Shown piece after piece: positions 9,925-20,281 of a stretch of DNA of 64,000 bases. Position 1 is the first letter of the stretch. Each line of letters begins with the position of its first letter. The DNA is taken from positions 633-64,632 of the forward strand of contig CBKXXB010000001.1 of the NCBI GenBank assembly GCA_966685145.1, written 5' to 3'. The stretch is from an uncultured bacterium. Its GTDB lineage: Bacteria; Patescibacteriota; Saccharimonadia; Saccharimonadales; OFTM59. The notes beneath the pieces were generated by a model, which was not told the origin of the DNA, searched no databases, and saw only the letters and a program-made list of their open reading frames with translations. A program made the translations under genes and the position numbers.

Positions 9925-11180
9925 CAGCGTATTCCCCCGCCACGTAGTACCAACGCTTCTGGAGCAATCATCTCATTATCCAGCTGCTTTAGTACTTGCC
10001 CCTCCAGTGTCTTCTGGCCGAGGTAACGAATAAATATCTCATTCCAAAGCGACTCCCTAAAATGATATACAGCCCGGTGTTCATAAGGCAGATTATTTAC
10101 ATAGCTGATTGCGATGTCCATTAAATTAAACGTAACCGGGCGGTCACCATACATCAACCCAACATAATCCAGGTCATACCAAAAATGTAGTGCCGGCTCC
10201 AAGCGATATAACGCTTCCTCTGCCTTGCGCCAGTGCAAATCCTCCGGCTGTACATGCGGCTCGAACATTTCCGGGTGGTACTCGTTTTCAAGCTTACCGA
10301 AGTAACGCTGAATAACCCGCCAGTGGATAGCTTGACCGGCCATAATGGCATGCTGACCAGGATCGGCTATAAGTGTTTCTACTAAGATAGCTCCGAAATT
10401 TGGTTTAACCTGCTGGAGTTTGAAATACGCACTGTAAAGGCGCAGCTCATTTAGGTAGTGCAGCAAAAGAGGGAGAGCAGTAATAGTGATTCCCTGCATG
10501 TGCTTAATAGGCATCGGCAGCATAACTATTACGCCCAATTCTTTTAAATGTGTTAGATTGTGGCGCTTCTTGTGTACAAATTCGTGAGTCAGATTTCCCC
10601 ACTTAGCCTTATCCATAAGTATAATATCAATGTCTCGGCTTTCGAAGTCGCTAGGTCGCAACCTCTTATATTTTTGCAAGAAATTATTAAGCCAAACGGG
10701 GTCTTCAGCAAATCGTAGACTAGCAAAGAGTTCGGCCACTGGCTCGCGCTTTATCATTGAGTCCACGGATTTATAACCTAAATGTTTCATAACCGTTTTA
10801 GGCGGCATGCTTTTTATTAGCCGGCGGGCTACGCTCGTCTTCAGTACCCAAACTTTCTTGGGCATGTGCAGCTCTTCGACCGTTTGCTTTATCTTCGGCA
10901 ATAGGTCTTGGACATCTGTGGGGTCAGTGCCTCCAATTTTTTTAGCCAAAAACTCATCGTGCTTTTTAACGAGAGCCAGTAAGGCTTGATAGAGTTCTTT
11001 TCCTGTCGTATCCTTCGGATCGAGCCCAAGCTCTCGCATCTTAAGGTGAGCTTTCCCGAGAATTTCAGCCGTGAGTCTGACATCTGTGCTTTGGTCACCG
11101 GTAGCTTGCTCTAGCTGTTTTAGAGCTATCCCAAACATCGGCTCAACCGCACCCAATAGCTCAGACAAATACTTCGACAT
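9924..11180 (-). CDS. Hypothetical protein (~418 aa)
   Basis: Long ORF coupled to the LOG gene (1-nt overlap); start taken as MSKYL. Confidence 0.8.
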   Translation of the reverse strand: MSKYLSELLGAVEPMFGIALKQLEQATGDQSTDVRLTAEILGKAHLKMRELGLDPKDTTGKELYQALLALVKKHDEFLAKKIGGTDPTDVQDLLPKIKQTVEELHMPKKVWVLKTSVARRLIKSMPPKTVMKHLGYKSVDSMIKREPVAELFASLRFAEDPVWLNNFLQKYKRLRPSDFESRDIDIILMDKAKWGNLTHEFVHKKRHNLTHLKELGVIVMLPMPIKHMQGITITALPLLLHYLNELRLYSAYFKLQQVKPNFGAILVETLIADPGQHAIMAGQAIHWRVIQRYFGKLENEYHPEMFEPHVQPEDLHWRKAEEALYRLEPALHFWYDLDYVGLMYGDRPVTFNLMDIAISYVNNLPYEHRAVYHFRESLWNEIFIRYLGQKTLEGQVLKQLDNEMIAPEALVLRGGGIR

Positions 11181-11240
11181 AATTAGCACAAGCATAACAC
11201 TTCTGAAAGCTCTTCGTCCAGACGCTTAAGCTTGTTTTAC

Positions 11241-12242
11241 TTAGAAACGCTCGGGTTTATACCAGTCCGGCGCGCGTTGCAGCAATTCTTCGGTCTGCGC
11301 TTCTGTCAGAAGGCCGGCTTGGGCGCCGACATGTTGCACTACATTCATAGAATTAATAGGTGCTAACTGCAGGGCTCCTTCTACATTATTGCCTTTTATA
11401 AGAGCTGCCACAAAAGCCGAGGAGAAGGCATCACCCGCACCTGTACGCTCGTACGGAGGCGCTGGATCGGGGTATGGCGGCATTTTAAAGCGATTGGCCC
11501 CATCGCTCGCATAAGCGCCGCTCGGACCATCGGTAATAACCACCACTTGTGGGCCAAGCCCGTGCAGACGATTAAACAAGTCATGCAAATCGTCATAGTT
11601 ACCGCCGGAAACCATTACAGCTTCCTCGCGGTTTAGAAGTAACACATTAGTGCGTCGGTACAGAGCGCTTAGCCTCTCTACACCGGCTTCAAGCTGGTAT
11701 GTTCCTGGTTGAAAAGCGAACCGTACTTCGGGATGTTTTTCCAGCCAGTTCGTAACATAGTCATGGTACGTCTCCAGCGCATTTTTACTGATGGAGCTAA
11801 AGTAAATCCACTTCGGAACATCTTCTTTGTGAAAGCGCGGCCATTGATAATCATATTCTTCGTGCTTTATAAGAATCGTTCTCTCTTCTTTATACCAAAG
11901 CACATAGTGGAAATTACTGACTTTGCCCGTATTGATATGCACGAATCGAGTGTCGACTTTTGCTTTGTGTAACGCTTCTATAATGTCCCGGCCGTGCTTA
12001 TCACCGCCAACGTTTGATATGAGACCACTGTTAAGTCCCAGCTTGGCAAAGCTTACGGCAGCATTAGCTGCATTCCCGACCCCTTCTACAACCTCAGCAC
12101 GCTCAAAGGGTATCTTAGTAGCAAAGGGCATAGCCAACCACTGGCCCTGCTCGTTTTTATATGTCGTAGCCCTATCGTCTAGCAGTTTTATGAATGCATC
12201 CGTTACGACATCTCCGATACTCAGTACGTCAATCTGACTCAT
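11241..12242 (-). CDS. PfkB-family carbohydrate kinase
   Basis: GNAANAAV, NREEA, ITDGPSG and ERTGAGDAF motifs. Confidence 0.92.
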   Translation of the reverse strand: MSQIDVLSIGDVVTDAFIKLLDDRATTYKNEQGQWLAMPFATKIPFERAEVVEGVGNAANAAVSFAKLGLNSGLISNVGGDKHGRDIIEALHKAKVDTRFVHINTGKVSNFHYVLWYKEERTILIKHEEYDYQWPRFHKEDVPKWIYFSSISKNALETYHDYVTNWLEKHPEVRFAFQPGTYQLEAGVERLSALYRRTNVLLLNREEAVMVSGGNYDDLHDLFNRLHGLGPQVVVITDGPSGAYASDGANRFKMPPYPDPAPPYERTGAGDAFSSAFVAALIKGNNVEGALQLAPINSMNVVQHVGAQAGLLTEAQTEELLQRAPDWYKPERF

Positions 12243-12305
12243 CCCACCCCCATCATCTAAAATTGTTTGGAAAGTAACTTTTTATTAAGCCGGAAAACCA
12301 TAAGC

Positions 12306-13220
12306 CTAGTCTACCACAGCCTTACCGGCGGCGTTGAACATATCAATTTTCTCTTCCACGACTGTTTGTACCGCACCAATAACCTCGTCCATTAGCTTAA
12401 CGACGGCATACTCGTCCGGGTTCTCGTCCAACACTTGCTCAAGCTTCTTTCGATAAGCTACTCGCATATCAGAATTGATATTTACCTTGGAAACCCCGAC
12501 CTTCACAGCGTCAGTAAAGTAGTGGCCTGGCGTCCCACTGCCTCCATGCAGGCTTATATTGCAGTCAATTGCCGCACGTATTTCCTTAAGTAAATCTATA
12601 TCCAACTTCTTGGGCACAGGATATTTGCCGTGCAGATTGCCAATAGCCGCGGCATAAGTATCAATGCCAGTAGCTTCAACGAAAGCTCTTGCGCCTTCTG
12701 GCGTACTAAAGGTCTTCCTGATTTCTTCATAGTCAATTGCCTCGGTGTGAAGATTAGAAGATCCGCCGAAATAATGGGGTTCACTCTCTACCAGCGCGCC
12801 AGTCAAGCGGGCATAATCCACGACTTGCCTTGTTTCTGTAATAATCTCATCCAGAGAAGCATTGCGGCGAGCCTGGCTTATATCGATATGGATAAATTCA
12901 TAGCCAGCCTCTATGGCTTCAATTGCGGCGGCAATAGTCGGGCTATGGTCCAGGTTGATATACATTTCTATGCCGTACTCTTCCTTGTAGTTGTCGACCA
13001 TGTCGCGGACATTATCGATTCCTAGCGCCTCAACTTCACCTTGGCTTAACTCCACCATTACGGGTGCTTGTTTGGCTTTCGCTGCCCTGGACACGGCAAT
13101 CAAGGTTTCCTGGTTATCCAGATTAAAAGCACCAAGTGCAAAATGTTGTGCTCGCGCTCGTGCCATAGCACCTCGTGCCCTCTGGCAGTTCTCTCTTATT
13201 TGTCTAAGTGTTAATGACAT
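12306..13220 (-). CDS. fba: Class II fructose-bisphosphate aldolase
   Basis: GAFN, NLDH, GNLHGKY, LHGGSG and KVNINSD motifs. Confidence 0.92.
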   Translation of the reverse strand: MSLTLRQIRENCQRARGAMARARAQHFALGAFNLDNQETLIAVSRAAKAKQAPVMVELSQGEVEALGIDNVRDMVDNYKEEYGIEMYINLDHSPTIAAAIEAIEAGYEFIHIDISQARRNASLDEIITETRQVVDYARLTGALVESEPHYFGGSSNLHTEAIDYEEIRKTFSTPEGARAFVEATGIDTYAAAIGNLHGKYPVPKKLDIDLLKEIRAAIDCNISLHGGSGTPGHYFTDAVKVGVSKVNINSDMRVAYRKKLEQVLDENPDEYAVVKLMDEVIGAVQTVVEEKIDMFNAAGKAVVD

Positions 13221-13230
13221 TGCCCCACCT

Positions 13231-14211
13231 TTACTTGTCTACCTTTTTCCCTAGCATTTCATGAGCCGCTAACGCTATGTGTTTGGCGGTTAAGCCGAAG
13301 TGCTCAAGGAGTTCGTCTGGTTTACCTGATTCACCAAATCGGTCATGCATACCCACGCGCTTTATCGGCACGGGGCATTCTTCACCGAGCAATTCGGATA
13401 TAGCACCACCGAGTCCGCCGTTTATCTGCGCTTCCTCAGCTGTTATCACATGTTTTGTCTTTTGAACGCTTTGCAGGATTTTTACCCTGTCCAACGGCTT
13501 TATCGTTGGCACATGCACTACTTCGGCGTCGATTCCATCCTTGAACAGCATTTCCGCAGCTACGAGCGCCTGATAGGTCATTGTCCCAGTAGCCACTAAT
13601 GTTATGTCGGTTCCATGAGCTAATATGTACGCTTTACCAAGCTCAAAAGGAGTTTGCGGCGTCGTAATAATCGGCGTCGCTTCACGCGCTAGTCGAAGGT
13701 AAGCTGGTCGCTTGTCCTGCGCAAGTGCAATGGTAGCCTTTTCCGCTTCGAGACTATCGGCCGGCGACACTACAACCATATTGGGCAAGACCCTCATAAG
13801 TGCTATATCTTCCAGCATTTGATGCGTTGCCCCATCCGGACCGACGGACACACCGGCATGTGAGCCAACGATCTTTACCGGCATGTCATTCAGGCAAATT
13901 GTAGTCCTGATTTGTTCCCAGTTACGCCCGGGACTAAAAGCTGCATAGCTGCTTACGAAAGGTATTTTGCCCATGGCCGCCAAACCTGACCCGACCGTAA
14001 CCAAGTTTTGCTCCGCCACTCCGATTTCTACGAATCTTTCTGGAAAAGCTTCTTTGAAAAGGTGCATTTGCGTTGACTCAGTCAGGTCTGCACAGGCAGC
14101 TACTACCTGCTCGTTTTGCTCACCTGCCGCTTTAAGCCCGCGGCCAAATCCTTTTCTAATAGGCTCTTTCTGGAGTTCCCCATTTATATCTACAAGATGT
14201 GAGCCGCTCAT
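13231..14211 (-). CDS. Transketolase C-terminal subunit
   Basis: ADLTEST, GVAEQN, GPDGATHQ and EEAQINGGLG motifs. Confidence 0.93.
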   Translation of the reverse strand: MSGSHLVDINGELQKEPIRKGFGRGLKAAGEQNEQVVAACADLTESTQMHLFKEAFPERFVEIGVAEQNLVTVGSGLAAMGKIPFVSSYAAFSPGRNWEQIRTTICLNDMPVKIVGSHAGVSVGPDGATHQMLEDIALMRVLPNMVVVSPADSLEAEKATIALAQDKRPAYLRLAREATPIITTPQTPFELGKAYILAHGTDITLVATGTMTYQALVAAEMLFKDGIDAEVVHVPTIKPLDRVKILQSVQKTKHVITAEEAQINGGLGGAISELLGEECPVPIKRVGMHDRFGESGKPDELLEHFGLTAKHIALAAHEMLGKKVDK

Positions 14212-15062
14212 TCGTGCTCACTCCTTATCTTCCCCTTTAGTGTGCGTAGTTCTTTGAGAGCCTCTACAGCCTGATCATGATTAGGTGGCGCTCCGTGCCA
14301 ATGAAAGTCATACTCCATAAAGTCCACACCTTTTCCCGGTATGGTATGAGCAATAATCATAACTGGCTGTTCGACTATGGCGCGGCCCATGGCGCAGGCA
14401 TCAATGACAGCTTCTATATTGTTGCCGTCTATTTCAATGACATGCCAGCCGAAGGCTTCCCATTTGGCCCTTAGGTCTTCCAGAGGCATAACCGTCTCAG
14501 TCGGGCCGTCAATTTGAATATTGTTACGGTCAATTATCCCAATAATGTTATTCAGTTTATATTTTGAAGCAAGCATGGCAGCTTCCCAGACGTTACCTTC
14601 ATCAAGTTCACCATCTCCCAAAACTGTATAAATCCAGCGGTGATGGTCCTTATTCATGCGCATGGCAAGTGCCATACCGCATGCTTGACTCAAGCCGCAG
14701 CCAAGAGGACCGCTGGTATTCTCGAGGCCGGGTAGTTTTGTACGCTCGGGGTGCCCCTGCAAGCGAGATCCAAACTGCCTGAGGGTCATAAGCTCTTTTT
14801 TTTCAAAGTATCCAACGTGAGCCATAGTTACGTAACGGACAGGGGTACAGTGACCATTGCTGAGCAGCAAAATATCACGCTGGTCCCATTCAGGATGCTT
14901 TGGGTCGTGTTTTAAAATATCGAAATAAAGCGCTGCAAAAATGTCAGCTAGGCCCAAAGGGCCGGCACTGTGACCACTGCCGGCATGCTCAAGCATCCGG
15001 ATAATGTCTTGCCGGATATCATTTGCCTTTACATCAAGCTCTTCTAGTGTCAGTTTTTGCAT
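14208..15062 (-). CDS. Transketolase N-terminal subunit
   Basis: GSGH, LSNGH, LQGHP, TPP-binding GDGELDEG...N and HTIPGKG motifs. Confidence 0.93.
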   Translation of the reverse strand: MQKLTLEELDVKANDIRQDIIRMLEHAGSGHSAGPLGLADIFAALYFDILKHDPKHPEWDQRDILLLSNGHCTPVRYVTMAHVGYFEKKELMTLRQFGSRLQGHPERTKLPGLENTSGPLGCGLSQACGMALAMRMNKDHHRWIYTVLGDGELDEGNVWEAAMLASKYKLNNIIGIIDRNNIQIDGPTETVMPLEDLRAKWEAFGWHVIEIDGNNIEAVIDACAMGRAIVEQPVMIIAHTIPGKGVDFMEYDFHWHGAPPNHDQAVEALKELRTLKGKIRSEHE

Positions 15063-15706
15063 TATGTGGCTTTTCCCGCTATTGCTTCCAGTTTAGCATA
15101 AGCGAGAGCCGGATTGTCGCTTTGCTGTATGAAACCGCCAACATTCAATACGTCAACACCACCATCGACAAGTTTCGGTGCGTTTACGGCATTAATGCCG
15201 CCGTCCCAAGCCACTTCAACCTTGCTGTTCACTTTTTTTACTTCGTTGACCTTACTAAGCAAACCCAAATTGGCTTTACCGCCAAAATGCCCAAGGTCAC
15301 CTGAAAAAATCAAAACATGATCAATCCAATCCAAGGCAGGCGCTATAGTGCTGACAGGCGTGTCTTGAAGAAGCGAAACCCCGATTCTACTGCCGATCGC
15401 ATGCACAAAATTAGCAATGTGTTCGAAATTTCCCTTGGATTCCGCTTGGACAATTACAAGACCGGGCTTAAGCCGTACGATATGATCCAATGATAAGTCC
15501 GGCCGCATAAACATAAGATGGAGATCCCACTGTATCCTTCTATCTTCTGGAATCCATACCTCATCAAGTGCTATAGATTGATTTTGAGTAAACAAGCCGT
15601 CCATGAAGTCAAGGTGAATTCGTTTAGCAAACGGCACTATGCGCTCAATCTGCTCTCTGAAATGAGACTGATTCTCGGCTGTGACTGTCGGACAGATAAT
15701 TGCCAT
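15062..15706 (-). CDS. rpe: Ribulose-phosphate 3-epimerase
   Basis: IHLDFMDG, DLHLM and WDGGIN motifs; pentose-phosphate cluster context. Confidence 0.9.
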   Translation of the reverse strand: MAIICPTVTAENQSHFREQIERIVPFAKRIHLDFMDGLFTQNQSIALDEVWIPEDRRIQWDLHLMFMRPDLSLDHIVRLKPGLVIVQAESKGNFEHIANFVHAIGSRIGVSLLQDTPVSTIAPALDWIDHVLIFSGDLGHFGGKANLGLLSKVNEVKKVNSKVEVAWDGGINAVNAPKLVDGGVDVLNVGGFIQQSDNPALAYAKLEAIAGKAT

Positions 15707-15734
15707 ACCGGCTTAATTATAGCGTAAGCATTGC

Positions 15735-16631
15735 TTAGCGGGCAGCAGCAATTAAAGGTTCGAACATTGTCTTTGTTAAGTCCACCATGCGCTTCGTGCC
15801 CGCGTTACGGGTCAACAGGGTTACGGCCACTTGCCGGCCATTGGGCAATGTAACAATGCCTACGTCGTGGTACTCAACAAGCTCCCGAAAACCTACTTTA
15901 TCCATAACTTCCAGTTCAGGCAGGGCTACAGGCAAAACGTCACGGTAAATGTTCTCTTTCATCGACTTTAGAAATAGCTCGGTGTGGGCGTCATTCAAAT
16001 CCTTCCGTTCGTATAACCGGCGCAAAATTATATCAATATCTTGAGCTGTTGTAGTCAAACCCTCCATATTGGTATGGAGTAAACCCAGATCTTTCAGGCG
16101 CTCTGTAGACCTGGTTTTGCCCTGCTCCGCCCACAGCTTCTCAGCGCAGGGGCTATGAGATTCGCGGATCATTTTGTCCAAACAGTCTTTGCGGCTCCAG
16201 CTTCCTAGAAACGGCTGCTCAAGACTGTGCTTGCCGTTCTGAATATCAATGTAGCCCAGATATGCGACGTAGATTTTATATAAGCTGGCCGCAAAATACT
16301 CTCTGTCTACTTTGAAGGCTCCTAATTCTTGCCCCGTGGCCAAGTCGGTCACTACCACGCCGTAATCACCTTGGCTGCTGGTTATAAAGTCCTCGACAAC
16401 TTGCTGTACTGCCGGCAACGGCTCCGGTTCTGGCGATGCAGGCTGAGCTCGGTTTTGTTCATTTGCAACAGCTGCTTCGTTGCCATTTGATTGAGATGGA
16501 TTACCTTGACGGCTAAGTATAATAAATAGCCCAAAAGCTATGAGCAGCAAGCCAAGAATCAGCTTGAGGATGGATTGCTTACGTCGGACATTTGACTGGT
16601 TGCTGCCCGGCCGATAGCTATACACATGCAT
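15735..16631 (-). CDS. Membrane-anchored serine hydrolase, class A beta-lactamase/PBP-like fold
   Basis: SxxK (ASLYK), SHS at the SxN position, DKVG at the KTG position, HDVGIV; N-terminal TM helix. Confidence 0.8.
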   Translation of the reverse strand: MHVYSYRPGSNQSNVRRKQSILKLILGLLLIAFGLFIILSRQGNPSQSNGNEAAVANEQNRAQPASPEPEPLPAVQQVVEDFITSSQGDYGVVVTDLATGQELGAFKVDREYFAASLYKIYVAYLGYIDIQNGKHSLEQPFLGSWSRKDCLDKMIRESHSPCAEKLWAEQGKTRSTERLKDLGLLHTNMEGLTTTAQDIDIILRRLYERKDLNDAHTELFLKSMKENIYRDVLPVALPELEVMDKVGFRELVEYHDVGIVTLPNGRQVAVTLLTRNAGTKRMVDLTKTMFEPLIAAAR

Positions 16632-16635
16632 ACAT

Positions 16636-17082
16636 CTAGTTTAACTCATCAATTGATTTTAGACGCCTCGTAAACCTGGCAGCTCCGGCAAACGGCGTTT
16701 TAAGCCATGTTTCAATAATTAAGTTTGCCTCATCTTTCTCAAGAATTCTAGCCGGCAAACAAGCAACGTTGCTATTATCGTCATTGCGGGACGACCGGGC
16801 AGATTCATAATCATAAAGTAACGCCGCGCGGACACCTTTAAACCGATTGGCCGCCATACACATGCCTTGTCCGCTACCACACAGTAATATGCCGCGTGGA
16901 TCAGGATCATCACTGGCAAGAAGTCGCGTAACGACCTTTTGTGCAAAAACCGGAAAGTCGTCGTTAGGATCTAAGCGCTTATCCCCCTCATCATCCACAT
17001 CATAGCCAGCTTTTTTCAGATACTTAACAAGTGCTTCGCGGAGATGAAAGCCATTATGATCAGCGCCAATATATATTTTCAT
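16636..17082 (-). CDS. rpiB: Ribose-5-phosphate isomerase B
   Basis: IGADHNG, CGSGQGMCMAANRFKGVRA. Confidence 0.93.
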   Translation of the reverse strand: MKIYIGADHNGFHLREALVKYLKKAGYDVDDEGDKRLDPNDDFPVFAQKVVTRLLASDDPDPRGILLCGSGQGMCMAANRFKGVRAALLYDYESARSSRNDDNSNVACLPARILEKDEANLIIETWLKTPFAGAARFTRRLKSIDELN

Positions 17083-17097
17083 TGCACTCAGCCAGTA

Positions 17098-18114
17098 CTA
17101 TGTCTTATGCAACTGCTTGCCGACATCAGCGACAACTTCCACAAGACGGTTACTGTAGCCCCATTCATTGTCGTACCAGGCTACTACTTTAAGCATATTC
17201 TCACCAACCACCGCAGTTAGCTTGAGATCAACAATAGCAGAATGACTGTTGCCTATAAAATCGCTTGAAACCAGCTCTTCCTCGGTAACTTCAAGAATGC
17301 CTTGATAGTATGGCTCTTTAGCTGCTTTCTTGAAGGCTTCATTTACCTCTTCAACCGTAACAGAGCGCTTGGTAATAATTACGAAATCACTGAGAGAAAC
17401 TACAGGAGTCGGGACTCGAACCGACATGCCCCCGAAAATGCCTTGCAGAGCTGGCAGAGCCTGGCCGGCAGCAATAGACGCACCGGTGGTAGTAGGTACA
17501 ATATTCTCGGCCGCGTTTCTGGCTTCGCGTAAATCTTTGGCCGGCGCATCTTGCAGACGCTGGCTGGCCGTATAGCTGTGTACGGTTGTCATCATAGCCT
17601 TTTCAATGCCGAAATTGCTCTCAATAACCGCCGCTACTGGTGTTATACAGTTGGTAGTACATGAAGCGTTACTTATAATATTCTCGGCAGTTTCAAGCTG
17701 GTCTTCATTAACGCCCAAAACTATAGTAGTCGCTCCCTCACCTTTGGCTGGAGCCGAGATTACGACTTTCTTAGCCCCTGCATCAATGTGTGCCTTGGAT
17801 AGTTCTGGCTTTACAAAAAATCCAGTAGATTCAATGACCACATCCACTTCGTGTTTGTCCCAAGGCAAACTGGCTGGCTCTTTTTCAGCTATTACTGCCA
17901 CGTGCTTGCCATTTACAGTGATGCCCGCTTCATCGTAGCCAACTTCATGTTGATACGTACCGTAATTGCTGTCATGTTTTAGCAAATGAGCCAGAGTTTT
18001 TGTATCGGTAAGATCATTAATGGCCACAATCTCCATGTCTGATCTCTCAAACGCTACTTTGAATGCATTTCGTCCAATACGGCCAAATCCATTAATCGCC
18101 ACGCGCGTTTTCAT
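17098..18114 (-). CDS. gap: Glyceraldehyde-3-phosphate dehydrogenase
   Basis: INGFGRIGR, ASCTTNC and WYDNEWGYS motifs. Confidence 0.98.
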   Translation of the reverse strand: MKTRVAINGFGRIGRNAFKVAFERSDMEIVAINDLTDTKTLAHLLKHDSNYGTYQHEVGYDEAGITVNGKHVAVIAEKEPASLPWDKHEVDVVIESTGFFVKPELSKAHIDAGAKKVVISAPAKGEGATTIVLGVNEDQLETAENIISNASCTTNCITPVAAVIESNFGIEKAMMTTVHSYTASQRLQDAPAKDLREARNAAENIVPTTTGASIAAGQALPALQGIFGGMSVRVPTPVVSLSDFVIITKRSVTVEEVNEAFKKAAKEPYYQGILEVTEEELVSSDFIGNSHSAIVDLKLTAVVGENMLKVVAWYDNEWGYSNRLVEVVADVGKQLHKT

Positions 18115-18170
18115 ATTTGTCCCACTCCTCTATTTCTAAGCATTACCGTTATTGTATAGGCTTGAGTCGA

Positions 18171-18602
18171 TCAGCTCAATAGATTGTTGGTCCTAATGTA
18201 CTCAAGAAGCTTGATGTGAAGGTCATATTCCAGCTCATTAATTGCCTTCTCAAGTGGAGCCCATTGAAACTTATCGTGCTCAAAACTCAAAACTACGTCG
18301 CCTGACTTTGTTGAAGCTTTATAAAAAATAAATGTCACGCTATCAGTATGCCCTCCTTCATGATCTTTCCATGCTCTGACCTCAGTGGTAGCGTAGATAG
18401 GCAATAGATCGGTCACATCAAGCCCTGACTCTTCTTTCACCTCTCGCCGCACGCTCTGTGCCAAATCTTCTTTAAGCTCAAGCATGCCTCCTGGCAAATC
18501 CCACTGGAGAGGCCGACGCACATCAGTTTTGCTTCGTCGCAACAGTAATATGTTACCTTCGACATTTACTACCACTGCCTTTTGGACAACTATAGATCTC
18601 AT
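18171..18602 (-). CDS. NUDIX hydrolase
   Basis: Nudix box PGG...E...REVKEESGL, plus LSFEH. Confidence 0.9.
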   Translation of the reverse strand: MRSIVVQKAVVVNVEGNILLLRRSKTDVRRPLQWDLPGGMLELKEDLAQSVRREVKEESGLDVTDLLPIYATTEVRAWKDHEGGHTDSVTFIFYKASTKSGDVVLSFEHDKFQWAPLEKAINELEYDLHIKLLEYIRTNNLLS

Positions 18603-18642
18603 CGCGTGCTATTCCTTATTCCGGGCAATAATTTAACTACAC

Positions 18643-19119
18643 CTAGTTTGCTTGTTTGAATTGCTTGATGGACTGAACTACTTGTCCATCTTCCTTAAGA
18701 TTTTCTACGAACACTACTTTGTTTTTAAGGATATACATAAAATCTTCGGGGCCATGCAGCTCGTTACCAAGTTTTACAAGACTGATATCGTTACCGCTAG
18801 CTGTGTCAATGTTTATTTTGCCGTTTTCTCTTAGATAATAAACATCGGTCAGCGAAAAGTAACTGCCGCTTGTTTCAGTCAGCTTGCCAAAATAAACCTG
18901 TCCATTATCAAGAAAAACGGCTTGATAACCACCTTCCTTAATCTTATCTTGAATTTCTTTGGGTGCTTCTTGCTGCGTAGATTCGACAAGTTCACCCACC
19001 TGGGCCGAAATATCATCGTTACTTTTACTTAGTTTTTCTAAACTAATTACGCCGAATATAGTTGCAAGGGTTAACACAATGACGCCGGCAGCCAGTACTA
19101 TGGATACTATGCGATTCAT
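18643..19119 (-). CDS. Membrane-anchored conserved hypothetical protein
   Basis: TM helix plus YQAVFLDNGQVYFGKL and LVKLGNELHGPED, a family I recognise from CPR genomes. Confidence 0.75.
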   Translation of the reverse strand: MNRIVSIVLAAGVIVLTLATIFGVISLEKLSKSNDDISAQVGELVESTQQEAPKEIQDKIKEGGYQAVFLDNGQVYFGKLTETSGSYFSLTDVYYLRENGKINIDTASGNDISLVKLGNELHGPEDFMYILKNKVVFVENLKEDGQVVQSIKQFKQAN

Positions 19120-19121
19120 GG

Positions 19122-19649
19122 TCAGCCTTTCTGTGCTTTAGCTATAGAATCTTCGATAACTTTTCGCGCTGCCTCGGCATCGCCCCATCCTTTGAGCTCG
19201 GCACTTACACCTTGCCAGTTTTTCTTCCAGTCTTTGTAGTGGCTATAGAAATGCTCAATATTCTTCTTAAATGCCTCACCCAAGTCACTAAGCGACTGTA
19301 TGTGATCTTTACTGATGTCATCAGCCGGAACACAAATGAGCTTCTCGTCCATTTCGCCATCATCCTCAAAATAGAGCACTCCGACAGCGCGTGCTGGCAC
19401 AACCACACCATGCGGCAATGGCTCATCAATAACCACCAAAGCATCCAGTGGATCACCATCATCACACAGAGTTTCAGGAATATAGCCGTAGTCAGCAGGG
19501 TAGCCGAGTAGTGTGCCGTTAACACGATCCAGGAATAAGCGGCCGGTCTTTTTGTCTACCTCTATCTTGTTTCTGCTGCCGCGCTGGATCTCAATAATTA
19601 CATTCACAACATTTGGCGCATCGTCGCCGTAGCTTACATCTGCTGACAT
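19122..19649 (-). CDS. ppa: Inorganic pyrophosphatase (family I)
   Basis: YPADYGYIP, DGDPLD and DEKL motifs. Confidence 0.95.
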   Translation of the reverse strand: MSADVSYGDDAPNVVNVIIEIQRGSRNKIEVDKKTGRLFLDRVNGTLLGYPADYGYIPETLCDDGDPLDALVVIDEPLPHGVVVPARAVGVLYFEDDGEMDEKLICVPADDISKDHIQSLSDLGEAFKKNIEHFYSHYKDWKKNWQGVSAELKGWGDAEAARKVIEDSIAKAQKG

Positions 19650-19704
19650 ATAGGCCTCCTTAGATTAACTAATATTGTACAGCAACACATCGCCGTAATT
19701 CAGC

Positions 19705-20223
19705 TTAAGTCCTAAGCAGCCAAAGATTCAGCATTGACCAGGCGCTGACAATTGCCGCTACTAAGTACTGTGCAGATGTGAAGCTGTCTACCGTAAAACA
19801 AAACAGGCCCGCGATAAAGTTAAGAGCCGCGGCAAACCAGTACCATGTAGAAGGCTTATCTACTAGCCCGTTTAAAAAATACCCGGCAGCCATCACCATT
19901 AACCAAAAAGCGCCAAGATTTGCTATAAGGGCGGCGGCAAGACTGGATGAAAATCGAAAAACGAAGCCCGAAACCGCTAAGCCTACTACTATCGGAATCA
20001 GCCATGCTAGAAATATATTGCGCATTTGTTTGATACGAAGTGGCATAACTCTATACATATATCCTAAGCCTACGAGAGATATGAGGAACCATAGGCCGTT
20101 TATCTGTTGTCGTTGATAAAAGTGCGTCACTATAAATCCGCCAGCAGCCAAGACAGCCCACAATAGGTACACGCGCGCTCTGGTATCAGAGAATAGAAAG
20201 TCCCAGTCGATTTTGGAGTTCAT
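19705..20223 (-). CDS. Multi-pass membrane protein
   Basis: About six hydrophobic helices in 172 aa. Confidence 0.75.
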   Translation of the reverse strand: MNSKIDWDFLFSDTRARVYLLWAVLAAGGFIVTHFYQRQQINGLWFLISLVGLGYMYRVMPLRIKQMRNIFLAWLIPIVVGLAVSGFVFRFSSSLAAALIANLGAFWLMVMAAGYFLNGLVDKPSTWYWFAAALNFIAGLFCFTVDSFTSAQYLVAAIVSAWSMLNLWLLRT

Positions 20224-20281
20224 GACTAGATGGTAACAAAAAAACTATCTATAATGAATCAGACACTAGTCGGGAAATTCT

